Of a stretch of 64,000 bases of DNA, positions 12,791-27,183 are shown piece by piece. The notes under the pieces are model-generated. The model was not told where the DNA came from, did not search any database, and saw only the letters and a program-made list of their open reading frames with translations. The translations under genes were made by a program, and so were the position numbers. Position 1 is the stretch's first letter; every line of letters begins with the position of its first letter. This DNA comes from Octopus sinensis (lineage: Eukaryota): the NCBI RefSeq assembly GCF_006345805.1, contig NC_043001.1, positions 59,396,001-59,460,000 on the forward strand, in the 5' to 3' direction.

Positions 12791-13599
12791 AGCGAGAGAG
12801 ATAGTCCTGCCTACAAATACGTGCACCTCTATGTGTGGGTACATTTTTGTACCTTAATGGGATGTTCAATCTTCGATTGTAAAAGCAGCGTTTATAAAGC
12901 TGAATGTACGCTAGAAGGATGAACATATTGATGGGGAGACTGTAAAATATCAGCAAAGAGGGAGAAAGGGAGATGGAGAATAATAAGGAAAAAAGAGAAT
13001 CATATAGGCAAAGTGTAATAAAAATAAAGACAGTTGGGAGCATTATCCCGGATAGTAATATGGAGAATGAATTCATTTGCTAAAATATGCAATGGTATTC
13101 TGATAGAAAATGACGAAAGGAAATCATCTTTTTTTTTTTTAGAATTTCTAAAGTGATACTAACGTAATTCATAAATGAAATCATCCATTAAATAATGTTT
13201 TTTTAGGTTGTGCCTTGATATTTTTATTTGATTCTACCCTATGTATATTTATATAATACTTTGGATCAAGTTGCCACATATTTTATTGTACTGGAATATT
13301 GATTGCTAAAATACTCTAAATAGATATTGTAATAGCAACAAGCAGCACGGAATAATTGTCAATATTAGTTGTCTGAAAATAACCACTAACCTCCCTTCAT
13401 CTGCAAATAAACTGATGATCTATTTAGCACATTTTAGTTCCACAAGAAGTAAGTTATGTGAGATAGAGGGCCAGAAAATTTGTCGAGAGCTAGGAGTAGG
13501 TTTCTCTATTGAAGTAAAACAGATGTTAAACTTCTACGCTGGAAGAATGGACATTTTGATGGTGGTACAACAGATTTTAAACTTGTAAAACAGCTCAGT

Positions 13600-14112
13600 G
13601 AAGAGAAATGTTCATCGTCTTTTACTACATCTGCTGCATTGTGAGTCGAAAATTCGTACCCCAGAGCCAGACTGTCAATCGAGAGTTCTACTGTGACGTT
13701 TAAAACGTTTGAGAAAAGACCGGATCTCTAGAGCAGGGAAAATTGGATTCTTCAAAATGACAAAGCACACTGTCACCGAGCTCTCTTCTCACGCCAAAAA
13801 ACAACATAGTATCGCTTCTGCACCCGCCCTATTCGCTAAATTTAGCACTTGCAGACTTCCATCTCTACCCTGAAATGAAAATGCAGGGTAATGGTCGCCA
13901 TTTTACATCATTGTCGAGATCAAGAGCGAATTATAAAAGGTTCTCGACTTCTTTAGGCAAAACACCTTCTAGGTCGGATTCCAAAAGGAATGGTAGTAGC
14001 GATGTATAGCTGCGCAAAATTACTATTTCGAAGGAGATGATGCAAAAATTTAGGTAAATAACTTATGTTTGATTAAACATAACTAGTCCGGGAGTGCTTT
14101 GATTCCACCTCG
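13600..14112 (+). mobile_element. Mariner transposase C-terminal remnant with right TIR
   Basis: FVPQSQTVNREFYCDV..KRL, WILQNDKAHCH, LLHPPYSLNLALADFHLYPEMK, CIAAQNYYFEG(D); end ...tttgattccacctcg resembles a mariner TIR. Confidence 0.85.
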
Positions 14113-14148
14113 TGTGTATGTGTATATGTATGTATATATGTACATATG

Positions 14149-14210
<62 letters not shown>

Positions 14211-14267
14211 AAATGCATAAATACATATATATATGTGTATGTGTGTGTTTGTGGTATGTGTATATAT

Positions 14268-14298
<31 letters not shown>

Positions 14299-17200
14299 CA
14301 CATTGTACCGAACGCGAAGGAATGCAACTCGTGAAGCGAGCCTTGTTAATCAGATTTAGCTGCAGATCATATGATTTCATAACTAGTGCCCAAAATGGTC
14401 TTTTTAATCGTCAGTGCATGCATAATCAAGACACATCAACATGAACGAAAAAATCGACATACCAGACGAACACCAAAATGTATACAACATAGTACATAGA
14501 ATTGTTCACGTTTATATATCTATGTAAAAGGCGGGCTTTTCGAATTGCATCTCGGTACACGTGTTTATTCACAATAAAATTCAGCACCGAATATATTCCA
14601 GTTAATATATGTAGGTAAGTTCTAATTATGTTTCATTTGAGGATTTACTGCCAACAGAAAAAGAGCCACTATCTAATCAAGATTAAAATCTTCGCTGGAA
14701 TTTCAACATGTGTGTATGTATGTATGAGTATGTATATGTGTGTGTGGATGGGGGGATGGATGGATGCACGCATGCCATCATTATGGGTGTTAAACTACAC
14801 ACAGTTTTCTTTGTATGTGTTTGCGCGCGCGCGCGTGTGTGCAAGAGAGAGTCAGAGAGAGAGAGAGAGATGAATGTATATAAATTTAGCAGCCATCCAA
14901 AAAATGCGAGTTGGGAGTGAGAGTTTCCTATCCTTAGTCTCTCTGACGACATCCGCTTAGGGGAAGGAGGTTTTAGAAAAACACCCGCCTCATTGTCAAA
15001 TCGGAAGCCATGCATTTGACTGCTTCTGGATAACTTTGCTTTGTGAGTGAAAGTCTCGGCGGTGATGTGCAAGGCGTTATTGAGTTTTAAATTTCAGCAC
15101 GGGCATTGCTTACAATCATTGTCTTTAACACCCAGGATCAGATAATTTGTTAGTGTTGTGCAAACTCGTCTGCGAGTTGATAGCCACCAAGCTTACCTTC
15201 ACTCTGCAGAATACCTTTCGTATCCCGTTATTGTGAATCGCAACAAAAATAGGTGAATGTTTGAGTTTACATTTCTCTCATCTCCGGCATCGGAATTAAA
15301 TCATCTTTCATGCATACTTACGGTCAAATACAGTTTACTTTATCATTGGTAATATTGTATTAGCTGAAATCTTAACATAAAAAAACTGGAATGTATTTTA
15401 TATTGTGCTTAGTTTAGTATTAAAGCCTTTCTGTCGTGTTTATGGACATATAGAATCACAGTCATAAATGTACGTCTGTCTCGTAATTGTTTTCATTATA
15501 CTCCTTAGATAATAAACATTTCCAGTTTATAATTTAGATTTGTTGGTTCATTATATGACGGCCTCCTTTCTGTTCCTTATTTTTATATTTCTGTTGCTAT
15601 CTCATTGTAATTTATTTTTCTAAAAATCCAGAGCCAGTTTAGTTCATTTCATGGTCATCTAACTTAAACAAAATTTTATAACATTTTCTGAATATCTCCA
15701 AAACAGCTGCTGAATACATTCAATCTAAGATATATAGAAATATATAGAAAAATAGCAGCTTTCGTATTTATTTCTCTGCTTACTACTAATCAGCATGAAC
15801 TATTAGTATTATACACAATTTTCCGAATCAGTAAGCATTTCAAGAATTGACATCGAGTTATAACTTAAAACAGACAAGCATTCAAAAGCAAATGTTCGCA
15901 CACATTTATGTGCAAGCATGTAGTTGTGTATATATGAATGTATATTTGTATATGTGGGTGCATATATGTATGTGTGGGTGCATACACATATAGAAACAAA
16001 TACAAATATGCATACATACACACACACATATATATATGCATGCATACATATATACATATATATACACACACACATATATACATACATAATACATATCAAT
16101 GCAATCCCAAATTTAAAAGCGCTCGTAACACTATCTTTCGAGGTATTTTAGTAGAGTCGTATGTTCATTCAAATAATTTAATATCCAATTTTCGTTTCTG
16201 ACTAAGAATTTTCATCAATATCTCTGACTTCCTTTTCCTTGTGTTATAATGCTGTGCTTCTTTAATGAGAATTCTGCATGATTTAGCAGAATGCATGCAT
16301 GGGAATCTTTACATCACATTAATCTTCTGTAAATTTGGAAATACATTCTATTTTGTATTTGTTATGTATATGCAAGTCTCACTAGATTTGAGCTTCCTGA
16401 TATAATACGTTGCTCAATAATTTTTGGCATTTTCTTTCTTCAATACAACGTTAGGGAAGTGTTCTTATTCGCAATCCTCTCCTTTTTCCTCACTACCTAT
16501 TTGCAGGGTAATGAGAGATCATTTTAACCTGTTTAAATATTTTAGCTATCCTAATCAATAAAACAACTACTACTAATATTTTATTGAGTATATAGTGTAA
16601 TGATTATACAGATTCCTCATTCATACACACATCCATCCACACATACAGTTGGTTATATATATATTTATATATATAAACATGTATGTCTACATGTATAAAT
16701 ATGTAAATATATATTCGCGCGTGTGTGTGTGTGTGTGAAGTCATGAAAGTGCTTCTTTATGTTTAATCCAATTGCATAACGGTTGAATCATCAGAGTCTA
16801 AAGTGTCTCGCGAAATAAATAGCCGAGTGTGGATGGGGAAAGAAAAATATCCTGAACGACTATTAAGCAACAAAGCGAGGAATCTTTGAAGAACTTGAGT
16901 TGCCGAAGAAAGGTTTCTAAGACTAGAAAATTCATCAGAAATTTAGATTTTGAAAATTTAAGCTTCCACTGTCTTGTGGTTTACCTTGCTGTTTGGAGAA
17001 GATTAGGTGGTGGAAAATAAAATAAACTTCATATATATATTTCATGAGTATACCATTGATTCCAATCTTTGGTAGTCTCAGAAAAAATGCAGATGATTTT
17101 TAGAAATCTCAGATTATTTTTAGAAGAGTGGTATTTGTATCACTATAGCCTCTACAACATGATGCACTTACAGCCATCGCTGTTCAGTTGCTTTTCATAT

Positions 17201-17582
17201 TAGTACTCGTCAAATCGAATTTGAATTTTCTGAGGAAAAAGACGCACTAGATATGGGTTCGTGGCAAAATATGTAGAATTAAGGAGTTGGAAGCATTAAG
17301 TAGCAAGGGAATTATTTTTGGAGTTAGCAGAATAGGATTGTATTACCTGTAGCTGAGCAATGAATTTAAGGGAAGCATGCTTATCCATTTTCTGAGAAAG
17401 AAGAAGAAAAGGTGTCTAAAACAAGGAGCAACAAACGTTAATTTGTAAATAAAAAAATAAAGGACAATTTTCTGATGTGGTGCTGGAAGTTTTTTGTGGG
17501 CCCTGTCGAATGATAGAGAAATCCATGAGGCTGGAGCACTATTCTTCCCTTTTTGCATAGGAAGTCGACTGTTAAGAGATCA

Positions 17583-17980
17583 AAATTGCTGCCCTTTCTG
17601 AGACCCGACTCTTAGAGGAAAGTTAGCAAAATTAAATGTGCTGTGGCTATAGTATTCCTGAGTTGACTGAGCAGCACATATGAAGGGAGATGATGGCGTA
17701 GGTTTTGTGATCAGAAAATGCTATGATACGATAGATGAGTTGCTATCCAACATAAGTGAACGCATCATTAAGCTCTGTCCGAGTTGTAGCGTCAGGTAGC
17801 TTTCATGTCTGTGTATGTCCCAGTTTTTCATTCTATAGAAGAACCATTGTTTGCGAAAAATTTCAGAAATCTAATTTATCTCAAGGTCGGGAAGACAGAA
17901 TAGAACGAGAATACAATATGTGGTCTAGCTTGGACATTTTGTAGCATATAATAAGAATAGATGCTGTCTTCACCAACAGC
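17583..17980 (+). mobile_element. RTE LINE AP-endonuclease remnant
   Basis: IAALSETRLLEE ... DGVGFVIRK ... NISERIIKL. Confidence 0.7.
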
Positions 17981-18355
17981 AACACTATATTTCGAATTAC
18001 GCCTTTTGTTAGGCAACATGTTGTTCATTCAAAGACTCATGCATTAAGTTACTTGTGCATATCCTTGGTAAAAAAATTTGGCTTCTGGTAGTCGTTGTAA
18101 TTATAATACTTGGAAAATTATTGGTTAATGATCCAGTATCAGATTCCTAAACTTTCCAAAAAGAAAAAGAAAAGCAAAGAAAATTACTTCACGTCCTCCT
18201 ACCAACATTTTTGGCTTAAAGACACGCAAAAAGAAATAAAGCTTAGGAATCCTCGAAAGTTTGTCTCATGGAGTTTTTATTAAATATTTTAATGATTCTA
18301 GGTTTTGAAAATAAATATCCTGCGATTTTGTACTGTTTTTCCCTGAATTATTTTG

Positions 18356-18918
18356 TTAATTAGTAACTGTTGTATACAACCCCACACCTTCTTTCCTCCA
18401 AGCTTGCTGAGGTGTTATAATGTTTTTGTTGGCACAATGATCCTGCAAGAACAAATTGAGGTGCTCAGCGTATAATTTGTACATGATGTGCTGGCAGGCT
18501 ATTGTACAATACATTTTAGCAAGTGTGGTTTGGCTTTTTGGGGGCATGAGGAGAGTCATTGCAGCGGATAACCGTTTGTGTGCCTTTCTTTGCCCTTCAT
18601 AATTTCGCCATGGTGCCGTATGAGTTGTCTCAAATAGAAGGTGAAATTCTCCTGTTATGAGGTTTGGCCTCGAAATTTTTATCTAGACATTTTCTGTATT
18701 TCGCCGTCTATTTCATATTGCTTTTGCACGACAGACAGAAAGTAATCTTGTTTCGGTTCTTTCAACCATACAGCTTGTTTGTTGAATTTCTTTCTTTTTT
18801 TCTTCTACAGATCTCCAGTAACTCTCAACCTGATATCTTGTAGAGCTATCTTTTACAGAGAGTGAGCCTTTTTGCATTGAAACTGCGTTAAACGGACTTC
18901 GAATCTCTTGCAAATAAT
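18356..18918 (-). mobile_element. R4/Dong-like (RLE-type) non-LTR retrotransposon, RT N-terminal fragment
   Basis: YCTIACQHIMYKLY..HLNLFLQDHCANKNIITPQQA.RK.G resembles YRPIAC.N.MYKLYT.......H...N.II..EQ.G; upstream VESYWRS..NKQAVWLKE; 5' junction abuts (CATA)n. Confidence 0.75.
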
Positions 18919-18981
18919 TATATGTGTATATATGTATGTACGTATGTATGTATGCATGCATGTATGTATGTATGTATGTTA

Positions 18982-19296
18982 CTGTCAGGTCACTTTCGAG
19001 TGCTACTGGTAACATGTAACCCAGTACAACCTGTTGCATGGTCGGGTCGTCGGTGAGGAGTGTGTTTATTGGACACCCTGCGGGATGAAAAACAAAACCC
19101 GTCAAAGGGCGGAGGAACTCTTGAGAGTCAATGGCCATCCAATAAATGCGCGGGGACATAGAAATAATTTGACTGAATACCCGATCGCGCGGTTAAACCA
19201 TTGGGAATGAAGGACTCCTAGCCTTTGTTAAGGTATCCTTCTAGGAGAAATTAACTCAGGTAACTGGGATAACTCCGACATAAAACCTGCGGCTCA
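18982..19296 (+). mobile_element. GC-rich interspersed repeat, possibly an RTE 5' UTR or RTE-related SINE
   Basis: CpG-rich block ending taactccgacataaaacctgcggctc, reminiscent of RTE 5' regions; single copy here. Confidence 0.35.
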
Positions 19297-21249
19297 TCAA
19301 AGAAAATTTAAAACTGAAAGAGATTCGTACAACATTTCCTTCCCACATCTTAACTATTTTTCTTGGTGTAAGAAAGCGGAATATAAAGGCAGCACGGAAA
19401 TACCAGATCTCTTATGAAAAGTTTTATAGTAATTACTATCAGAAATGGTCATGCACCAAAATATTATGCAGATATTATCCCCTGGATATTTAAAGGAAAA
19501 TTTGCTGGTAACTTCTACGCCCTAAACTACAATTTGGATTAACTTTGTTATTCAATAGAATGTGGGAATATAGTTTTAATACAAAACATACTATAATGTC
19601 TCTAAAGTGTTTTTATGTTCGCTCTGAATTATGCACAGAACGTCATTTGGCTAAACTGGAGCCAAATGTGTTTGGAACAAGGCATGGTGAAATTTATTAA
19701 TGATCCCAAATGATCAACTTTGTTAAATAGCTTTATTGATGTATTCTATTTTAATATAGCCGAGATAATAGAGATGAAAGTAAATGCAGGCTTGCAACAC
19801 ACACACACAGAGTCAGTTATATATATATGCATGTTTGGGGCGTATATTATATTCGTGTGCTGTATTCATACGAAAGTGTGTGTATTTGTGTGTGTGCACG
19901 CGCGCGTATCTGTGAGGTGTATAGGTGTGTTTGCGAAGATGCCAGCACTTTAGATTATAATAGAATGGCGAAACATTGCAATTCTCAATGTTACTGAGCA
20001 ACAAAACACTAACCTACAAATTTCAGACAAATGGCAGATATCTTATTAACTGAGATGAGATATGACATTTTTTTTTCTTTTAACATACGAAGTAGATGTA
20101 TTAATTTCATATCAAAATTAGGAAATACTACCACGTTTATGCCATGTTTTTTTTTTTTTGTTTTGCTTTGTTTCTTTTAGAAAAAATATCCAAACAGATG
20201 AATAACCGAAGTGCTGAGTAGCTGCACTTGTCCAGTTGTAAACTGTCTATCATCTCGATTGTGCACTAACTTAGTTATTATTATCATAACCTTATTTCTT
20301 TTTCTCTTTTAAAGTTAGTTTTCTTTTTATCTGCTACAAACAGTAGAAATATACAGAGAATAGCGTTACAAAGAAGTTCTTTCAAACGATGCAAACTTTT
20401 GCGAAGTATTCTCAACGCTGAAATAAAATCGCGTAAGCCCTATATTGTACTGAAATGTTTTGTAAAACACCCATTCAAAACACAATTGGAAATCATATTT
20501 GTACAACCTCACACTCATAAATGTATGCATTGTACAAAGGTGAAGAGGGGAAATGTTTCAAGTTGCATAAATTTGTCACACAATTTCACTAACATCGTGT
20601 TGTAAGACAAAATATATTCTCTTAGAGAGAGGTGTTCACAAATTTGTATGTGAAAGCAACGAGACCTCAATCATAATTAAAATACCAAAAGTTGAGGGGT
20701 CTTAGCAGTTTCTATATGTTTCTTCGCTATACTGAAAGTCGAGTGCATACATTAGTATACAGTAAGAACCTAAAAGCCGAATGTACATATCTACGTCCAA
20801 TTCGTTAACCTGTTCTTAATAGCGAAGAACTTTCACTTCTGATAATCTGTAGGTACTGTTTCTTTAGTAGGTACTTATTATTGTAGGAATCTCCAACAGC
20901 TCGGTGAACCACAACGATCTGGGAAGCGTTTTACACTAGTAATCATACATGGAGGAAGTAAGGAGAGTTCATGAAGCTTCAGATGTATGTCTTGTAAACA
21001 ACCATACTTCTTTAGATATGTGGTCTGTTTGCGATTTTGTGCAGCGTTTGATGATTTTCAAACTAAGACACTTCTATAAGAGTAAACTTTAGTTGACACC
21101 AGGTTGTTTTGTATTTTAATACAAGAATTCAATTTTTCATAGACAGGATTCATTCCCCAAATCGAAAATGAGGGTTAGTGGATTTTTTTTCCATGATACA
21201 TCTAAGATTTGATGACTAAAATGTTACCTTCAACTAATCCAACGTCTCT

Positions 21250-21480
21250 TTTTATTGAAATGTCTGTTTAGACAACGGATTGAGATTTCACATGAAGACG
21301 CAAGTCTACAGCTGCAAATAGCATGGCGTCATCGGCGTAGAAGTATATCTGGGTCCTTAAGATTTATTCACAAGATGAACTATGAAAACGAAAAACGAAA
21401 GCAGCCTAAGTGGTGCATTGGTGAATGATAAAGCAGTATTTGAACAGAAAAAAATGAACGTTATGAATCTGGCGTCGCAG
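21250..21480 (-). mobile_element. Decayed LINE RT fragment (YADD motif)
   Basis: Minus strand TQIYFYADDAMLFAA, with YADD at 21328-21339. Confidence 0.45.
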
Positions 21481-23960
21481 TACCACTGCACTCACCCATG
21501 ACTTGTATATTTGCTTTAATTTTAGCATGAAATTAATCCTTTTCAAGTAGCTTGGTTAAATTAATCAATTAAGAATTTATTGCACTTTTGTAATTTGCAC
21601 ATTAAATTAATGGAGTAGATTTATTTCATCACAAGAAAAATTGCTATTTTTACTCAGAGATCTCTTGTACACAAGTAGAGTGAAATAAAATATAGTACTT
21701 ACTTGTAAGTTTGTATCTCTTAGGATTCAGCAATAACTTTCAGCGTTCTTACTCCGATAACATAATTACTAAGCAAATATTTGTTTTCTTTTACACGACT
21801 ATTTCTTATGTCAGTATATATGGAAATGAGTGTTTCACTGTACCTTTGTATAGAAAAATATGGTATTGGCTATGGCGGAGAATATATATTTCATTTGTGC
21901 ACACAACTTACCTTTTCTTCAGCAAAGTCGTTTGATTCTTGATTGGGTAAACTTCAAAATAAACTATTTTGGAGTTAGTTTAAAATCTACTAAACTATGG
22001 TGCTGTAATGTTAGTTCACATAGAAGTAAAATGCGCATTTCTAAAATGAATAGAAACTGTTGAAAACAAATAATGCAGAAAAATATTAGAAAGAAATAGA
22101 CACCCCGAAAGAAAGGTACAACATTATAAATGTTAGAACAGAGAGAATAAGAGAGACAGACAAGCACACGCACAGAATAAGAGAAGGGCTGATATATAGA
22201 AATATATACAAGTAGAGATAGATAACTGAGAGAAAGGAAGAGAAGGGCTTAAAAGGTAGAGAGAGAGAGAGAGCGGAGAGAAAGAGGGAGAGAGGGAGGG
22301 GAAAAAGATAGAGAGAAAGAGAAAATGATGATTAATTTGTGGTGAAGTGTCACAGCGGTAATTTGAGATAATCGACATTTTTAACGAGAATATAAACAAT
22401 TTATCACCGTTGTGGGATTGGCCAAGGGATAACCAACTTCTAGTTGCGATGCAAATATTAAATTAAGGGGAGAACCGGAAAATAGTTAAAGATAAGAGAC
22501 TGAATGAAAGACAGAAACGTATCTAAGTCTAAGGTTGGTTTTCATGTGATATAGAATTATATGTATTTTTACGATTTAAGAGATAAAATATTTTATCTCA
22601 TACTTTAGAAATCAATATTATCTAAATTTAATAGAAACTACTACCCAGATACAATGATGCTTTCAAAATCTTTTCAAGCAATACTTATCACTCATTTGAT
22701 CATGCAACAATGAAATGTTATTAAGTCGTAGAGTCATACACGTAATCTATTTTCTTAAATCATAATCAGAAACAATGATAATCTGGAGTATTTTCCGACA
22801 AACAGCCTTATTGCTAGGAAGATCTAAACTGTGTAAATTGAGATATCAAACTCCAGGCATCAGTAACTCCATTCCTACGTAACCACTTTGAAACCCATAT
22901 TTGTTGGTATTTGATAGATATTTTGTTTTTCTTTGCGAAAGCTGCCATTTGTATCTCCAACTAGCTTACGCTAATTTAATATACTTACTTAACGGTTGGT
23001 ATCGATTATTGATTTAGTTACATATTTTATGAGATGTCATTTGGCTTTTGCAACGTACGTTCTCTGTAATTTATTCATTAATAAATTTTTAAAATCTGAA
23101 GAGAGGATGACAACCTTTAAAACGTTATATTTATTTTTAAAACAAAATTTATAGAATTGGTGTTATTTATTCCGTAAACGAATATTTTATAAGATATTCT
23201 GATAATTTAGTACTTTATTTTGAATAATTTAATTCACTTCATGAAAACTGTAATGGAAATAGCAAGAAATATGTGAAATCAATATATATTATGATATTTT
23301 ATAATTTATAATCAAAATTCAGAACAATAGAGTCTTTGTGATTACAAGTTTCTATGGGTTAGGAAGTGTTTACTTCATTTGATGACAGTATTATGCACAA
23401 AAAGCATTCGCTCAAAACGTATTGGTAAAGTGTAAATGAGTTGCTGAGAAGTGGGCTCTGACCAGAACTACATTGTTGTGAAGCAAACTTTATAACGTCA
23501 TAGTCATATCTGCACCCATACTGGACATGTTTTGTTTTAGTAATTTATATTTAAAGTTTTTATAAGCTTTCAAATCCTTAGATCAGTGTGATTGTACTGA
23601 GTGGTGGATTTGAACTTTGTGTTGATCGGTTCATACAACGGTGTTAAAGATCTTATGTTCCTATAGAAAGTCAACTTTGCATTTAAGTGTGATATGGTAT
23701 TGGCGGATTAGATACTATAACGATAACTTTCCGTTTTCTGCTCAGTTCGCTAATATCATAATGTCATAATGTACCCGATTATGAAGACAATAGATAAAAA
23801 TATATATCTTGAGTAGCTAAATTTCCTGCTACGCCATCTGCACGAAGTTCACAACCTTGAATCCCACGGGTAGAATCGAAGGTTTTACATGGACATACCA
23901 TGAACACCAGCAATATATCTACACTTACTTTACGATCCACTTTTCAACATTCAGGATCCC

Positions 23961-24030
<70 letters not shown>

Positions 24031-24258
24031 GTTTGAAAGTTAGCTTCCATTATTCAGACCAACATGTGTTCTCATACTAAAAACACACATGTATGAACAT
24101 ACGCAATCGCGTATACACATACTCTTACTTACATCTAACAAACTATTCAACCATTCATTATAATCTCAATTTCCAATCGCGTTGGGCTCTTTGATGTATG
24201 TACACACATTCACATACAAATGCATACATACATACATACATACATACATACATACATA

Positions 24259-24994
24259 GGACAAAAAACCGGATTACTATCTCACTTTGAAGGGAATGCG
24301 TTTGCAATCCAGGAACAGGAAATATTAACCAAATGCCTGATGCACAAAAGGGACTGGGGTGCAGAAAATGCAGTAAAATTTGACAACCCATGCAGATATT
24401 GTGGAGTTAAATCTGAAGATATCCACATCATAAGCGGTTGTCCGAAAATATCCTCACGGTTTAACTATCGATGAGACAAGATGATGTAGCTAGGACACTA
24501 CATAATGAAATCCGTCGGAAGGATAACCCCAAGGACAAAGAAATAAGAACCCACAGTATGGTAGAAGCCATTACTATCCGTAATAAAAAGGAGTACTGGC
24601 GGACTGTTCCAGTGAAAACTTTAATAAAATGTAAACACAATAGACGTGATATAAGGATTTGGGATAGAGAGGAAAAATTGTGTACAATTGTGAAAATCAG
24701 CTGCTCAGCGGACGTTAACATAGCTGAAGATCAGTGAAAAGGAGAAAACCTACGCTGAACTATTGAGAAATCTGCAGTTACTCTCTCCAGTTTACAAGTT
24801 CAGGTTTACACTTGTAATTATTGGAGTGCTGGGAAATACCAATCTTGACAAATTAGGCTTCTCAAAACCAGAAACGAGAAAGCTAATTTGAAGATTACAT
24901 TTCCAAGCCATTACTGGAACTGTAAAAATCAGTAAAACTTTCCAGAATTCATTATTTATGCATATTCAAACATGTCTAGACATGCAACTGTGTG
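24259..24994 (+). mobile_element. R4/Dong-like LINE 3' end: CCHC knuckle plus restriction-like endonuclease, 5'-truncated
   Basis: SHFEGNAFAIQEQEI..KCL, CRYCGVKSEDI.HIISGCPK, (R)HDDVARTLHNEIR, KCKHNRRDI.IWDREEKLCTIV.ISC.AD.N; frameshifted; both ends in (CATA)n. Confidence 0.85.
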
Positions 24995-25056
24995 CATATA
25001 CATATATAAATATATACATACATACATGCATGCATGTATGTATGTATGTATATGTA

Positions 25057-26003
25057 GGGAATAATTCACAAAAAAAAACATAGACGAAAACAAGTGGTGT
25101 AGACAAAAAATAGATGTATTAGTTTAACACTCGAGAAGTGGAAAACTGTTTTACGTTTCGAGCCTACGCTCTTCCACAGAAAGGAACACAGAAAGAAACA
25201 GGGAGAGAAAATAAAGAATGTGTAGTGGCTAGTGATATATCATGGCGAATGCCGGACAGAGGGTTCACACAGGAAGGCTAGGGAAAAGGGGAGATAATAA
25301 AGTAGTGATGATCCCAAAACGAAGGCGCGTGTGCGTGTGGAAGAGGGCTGGTGACCTTGACGTGTGCGTGTGTGCATGTGTAGGTGTGTGGATGGTAGTG
25401 TGGGTGCTGGGAAGTGGTCAGTACTAGTGCGTGTGTGGTGGTGTGCTGTCATATAGTGTTGTGTAGAATGGTCGTGTATGGTATCGTGGTATGTGGTGTG
25501 GTGCGGTCATGTTGGGATGTGGGGTAGGCGAGAGTGGAGAAAACAAGTTGGAGTGTGGTTTAGGTTGAGGGTGGGGGTAGAGGTGGGGTATGTGGGAGTA
25601 AGGAATGGGTAAAGATGGGATGGGATGGCTAAGGAAGGTGGGGTTGAATTGTGTAGGGTTGGGATTACGAGGGAGAGGTGACAATGAAGGGAGAGGGGGA
25701 AGGGAGGAGGCGGGTAGGAGTGGAGAGAAGAGAGAAGGAGAGTAGAAGAGAGAAGAAGAGAAAAAGTAGGAGTCGGAGCAAGAGAAGAAAGGAGAGGTGG
25801 GTGGGAAGAAGTAGGTATGAGAGGAAGAGAGGAGATGGGAGGAGGGTTAGATGAAGAGGAGCGAAGAGTTGATCCCATGTGGCGCCAAGGAGTGAAGAGA
25901 GAAGATTAATCCCTTTTCACGGCGAAGACGGGAGTCCGGATGGTCTCTGTGCAAGGACAATCCGAACACAGACAGGTGCTGCAAAGAGTGACCGGTTGAG
26001 CTG
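25057..26003 (-). mobile_element. Penelope-like element family C, 3' part (GIY-YIG end, C-rich 3' region, terminal repeat)
   Basis: Reverse-complement homologue of 43960..45187. Confidence 0.85.
25148..25184 (-). ncRNA. Minimal hammerhead-like motif (CUGUGGA core variant)
   Basis: cttt-CTGTGGA-A-GAGC(gtag)GCTC-GAAAC-GTA-aaac. Confidence 0.5.
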
Positions 26004-26004
26004 A

Positions 26005-26781
26005 AATGGTTTTAATTTCGCCCATTGTTTTACATTTGTCGGCTAAACAGTATAATATGGTCAGTTGGGCACCGTATGTGAGAAAAGCAGCACCATGATG
26101 TAATTCACACTGCCACAAATTTGAAAACGACTTGTACCGCTTGGTATTCGCGCCGAAATCTCCAGTATGAATATTTCAGAGTGTTTGGATGTACTGAGAG
26201 TGATAAAAATTCAGTCACCATCATAGTGTTTGGAGCGATCGCTAGTGAAAGCGAAGTTATGCCTCCGTTCACCATTCAATAGGGCCTCAGACACAACACG
26301 GAGGCCTACATCAAGTGCCTGGAGGAGGTAGTGTTGCCTGGATCAAGAGGGAGGCTGCTGGAAAATCTTATGCCTGGCATCAAGACTCTGCACCATGCAA
26401 CATATGCAGGAGTCGACAGTCCCCCCCTACAATCTGGCCACCTAACTCTCCACTCTGCAAACCCCTTGATTATTATGTGTGGAGTGCAGTTAAGTGAGAT
26501 ACCAACAAAACTCCTTGTAACACCAAAGATGAACTAAAAGCAAGGATTATGGCCGCATTCACCAAATTAAACAAGGAAACCGTCCAAAAGATTTGCAGGA
26601 GTTTTCGAAGTTATCTGGAGGCCGTTGTTGAAGCTAATGGCGAGTTTATTGAATAAATTTACTCTTTAGTGTTTTAAGATGCATTTATGTAATTTTGCTA
26701 AATGTATCAGCTAAAATAAGGTGTCAGTAGTATTTTCGTTTTGGCGTAATTTAGACAACAATTTATTCAACGCACCCTGTA
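26005..26781 (+). mobile_element. maT/DD37D-type (Tc1/mariner superfamily) transposase remnant with right TIR
   Basis: AWHQDSAPC, IWPPNSPLCKPLDYYVWSAVK, CRSFRSYLEAVVEANGEFIE*; ends cgcaccctg|TA. Confidence 0.85.
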
Positions 26782-27071
26782 TATATATGAATAATATGCG
26801 TGGCTTATTAGCAATTTAACAGCCTGAAGGCAAATTTATAGACGTCACTAAAGTGACAAAGGGCGCTAAGTGGTACCAGCATTGCTAGAAATAAGAGCCA
26901 AAACAATTCAATAGTAACGGAAGAATGATCTTAATGACTGACAAGATAGACAAGCTCCCAAGCGAACATAGCAAGTTCAACAGTGATTTCGAATTTTGAA
27001 GCAGACCCTCTTAATTCACCTCGTTGGCTCTTACGGCACCTAGGGTTAAACTATATATATATATATAAATA

Positions 27072-27107
<36 letters not shown>

Positions 27108-27183
27108 TGTATGTATTATGTATATTTACATACTTATGTATATTTGTGCAATGTTTTATCAAAAATGTAAAGTATAATTATCA

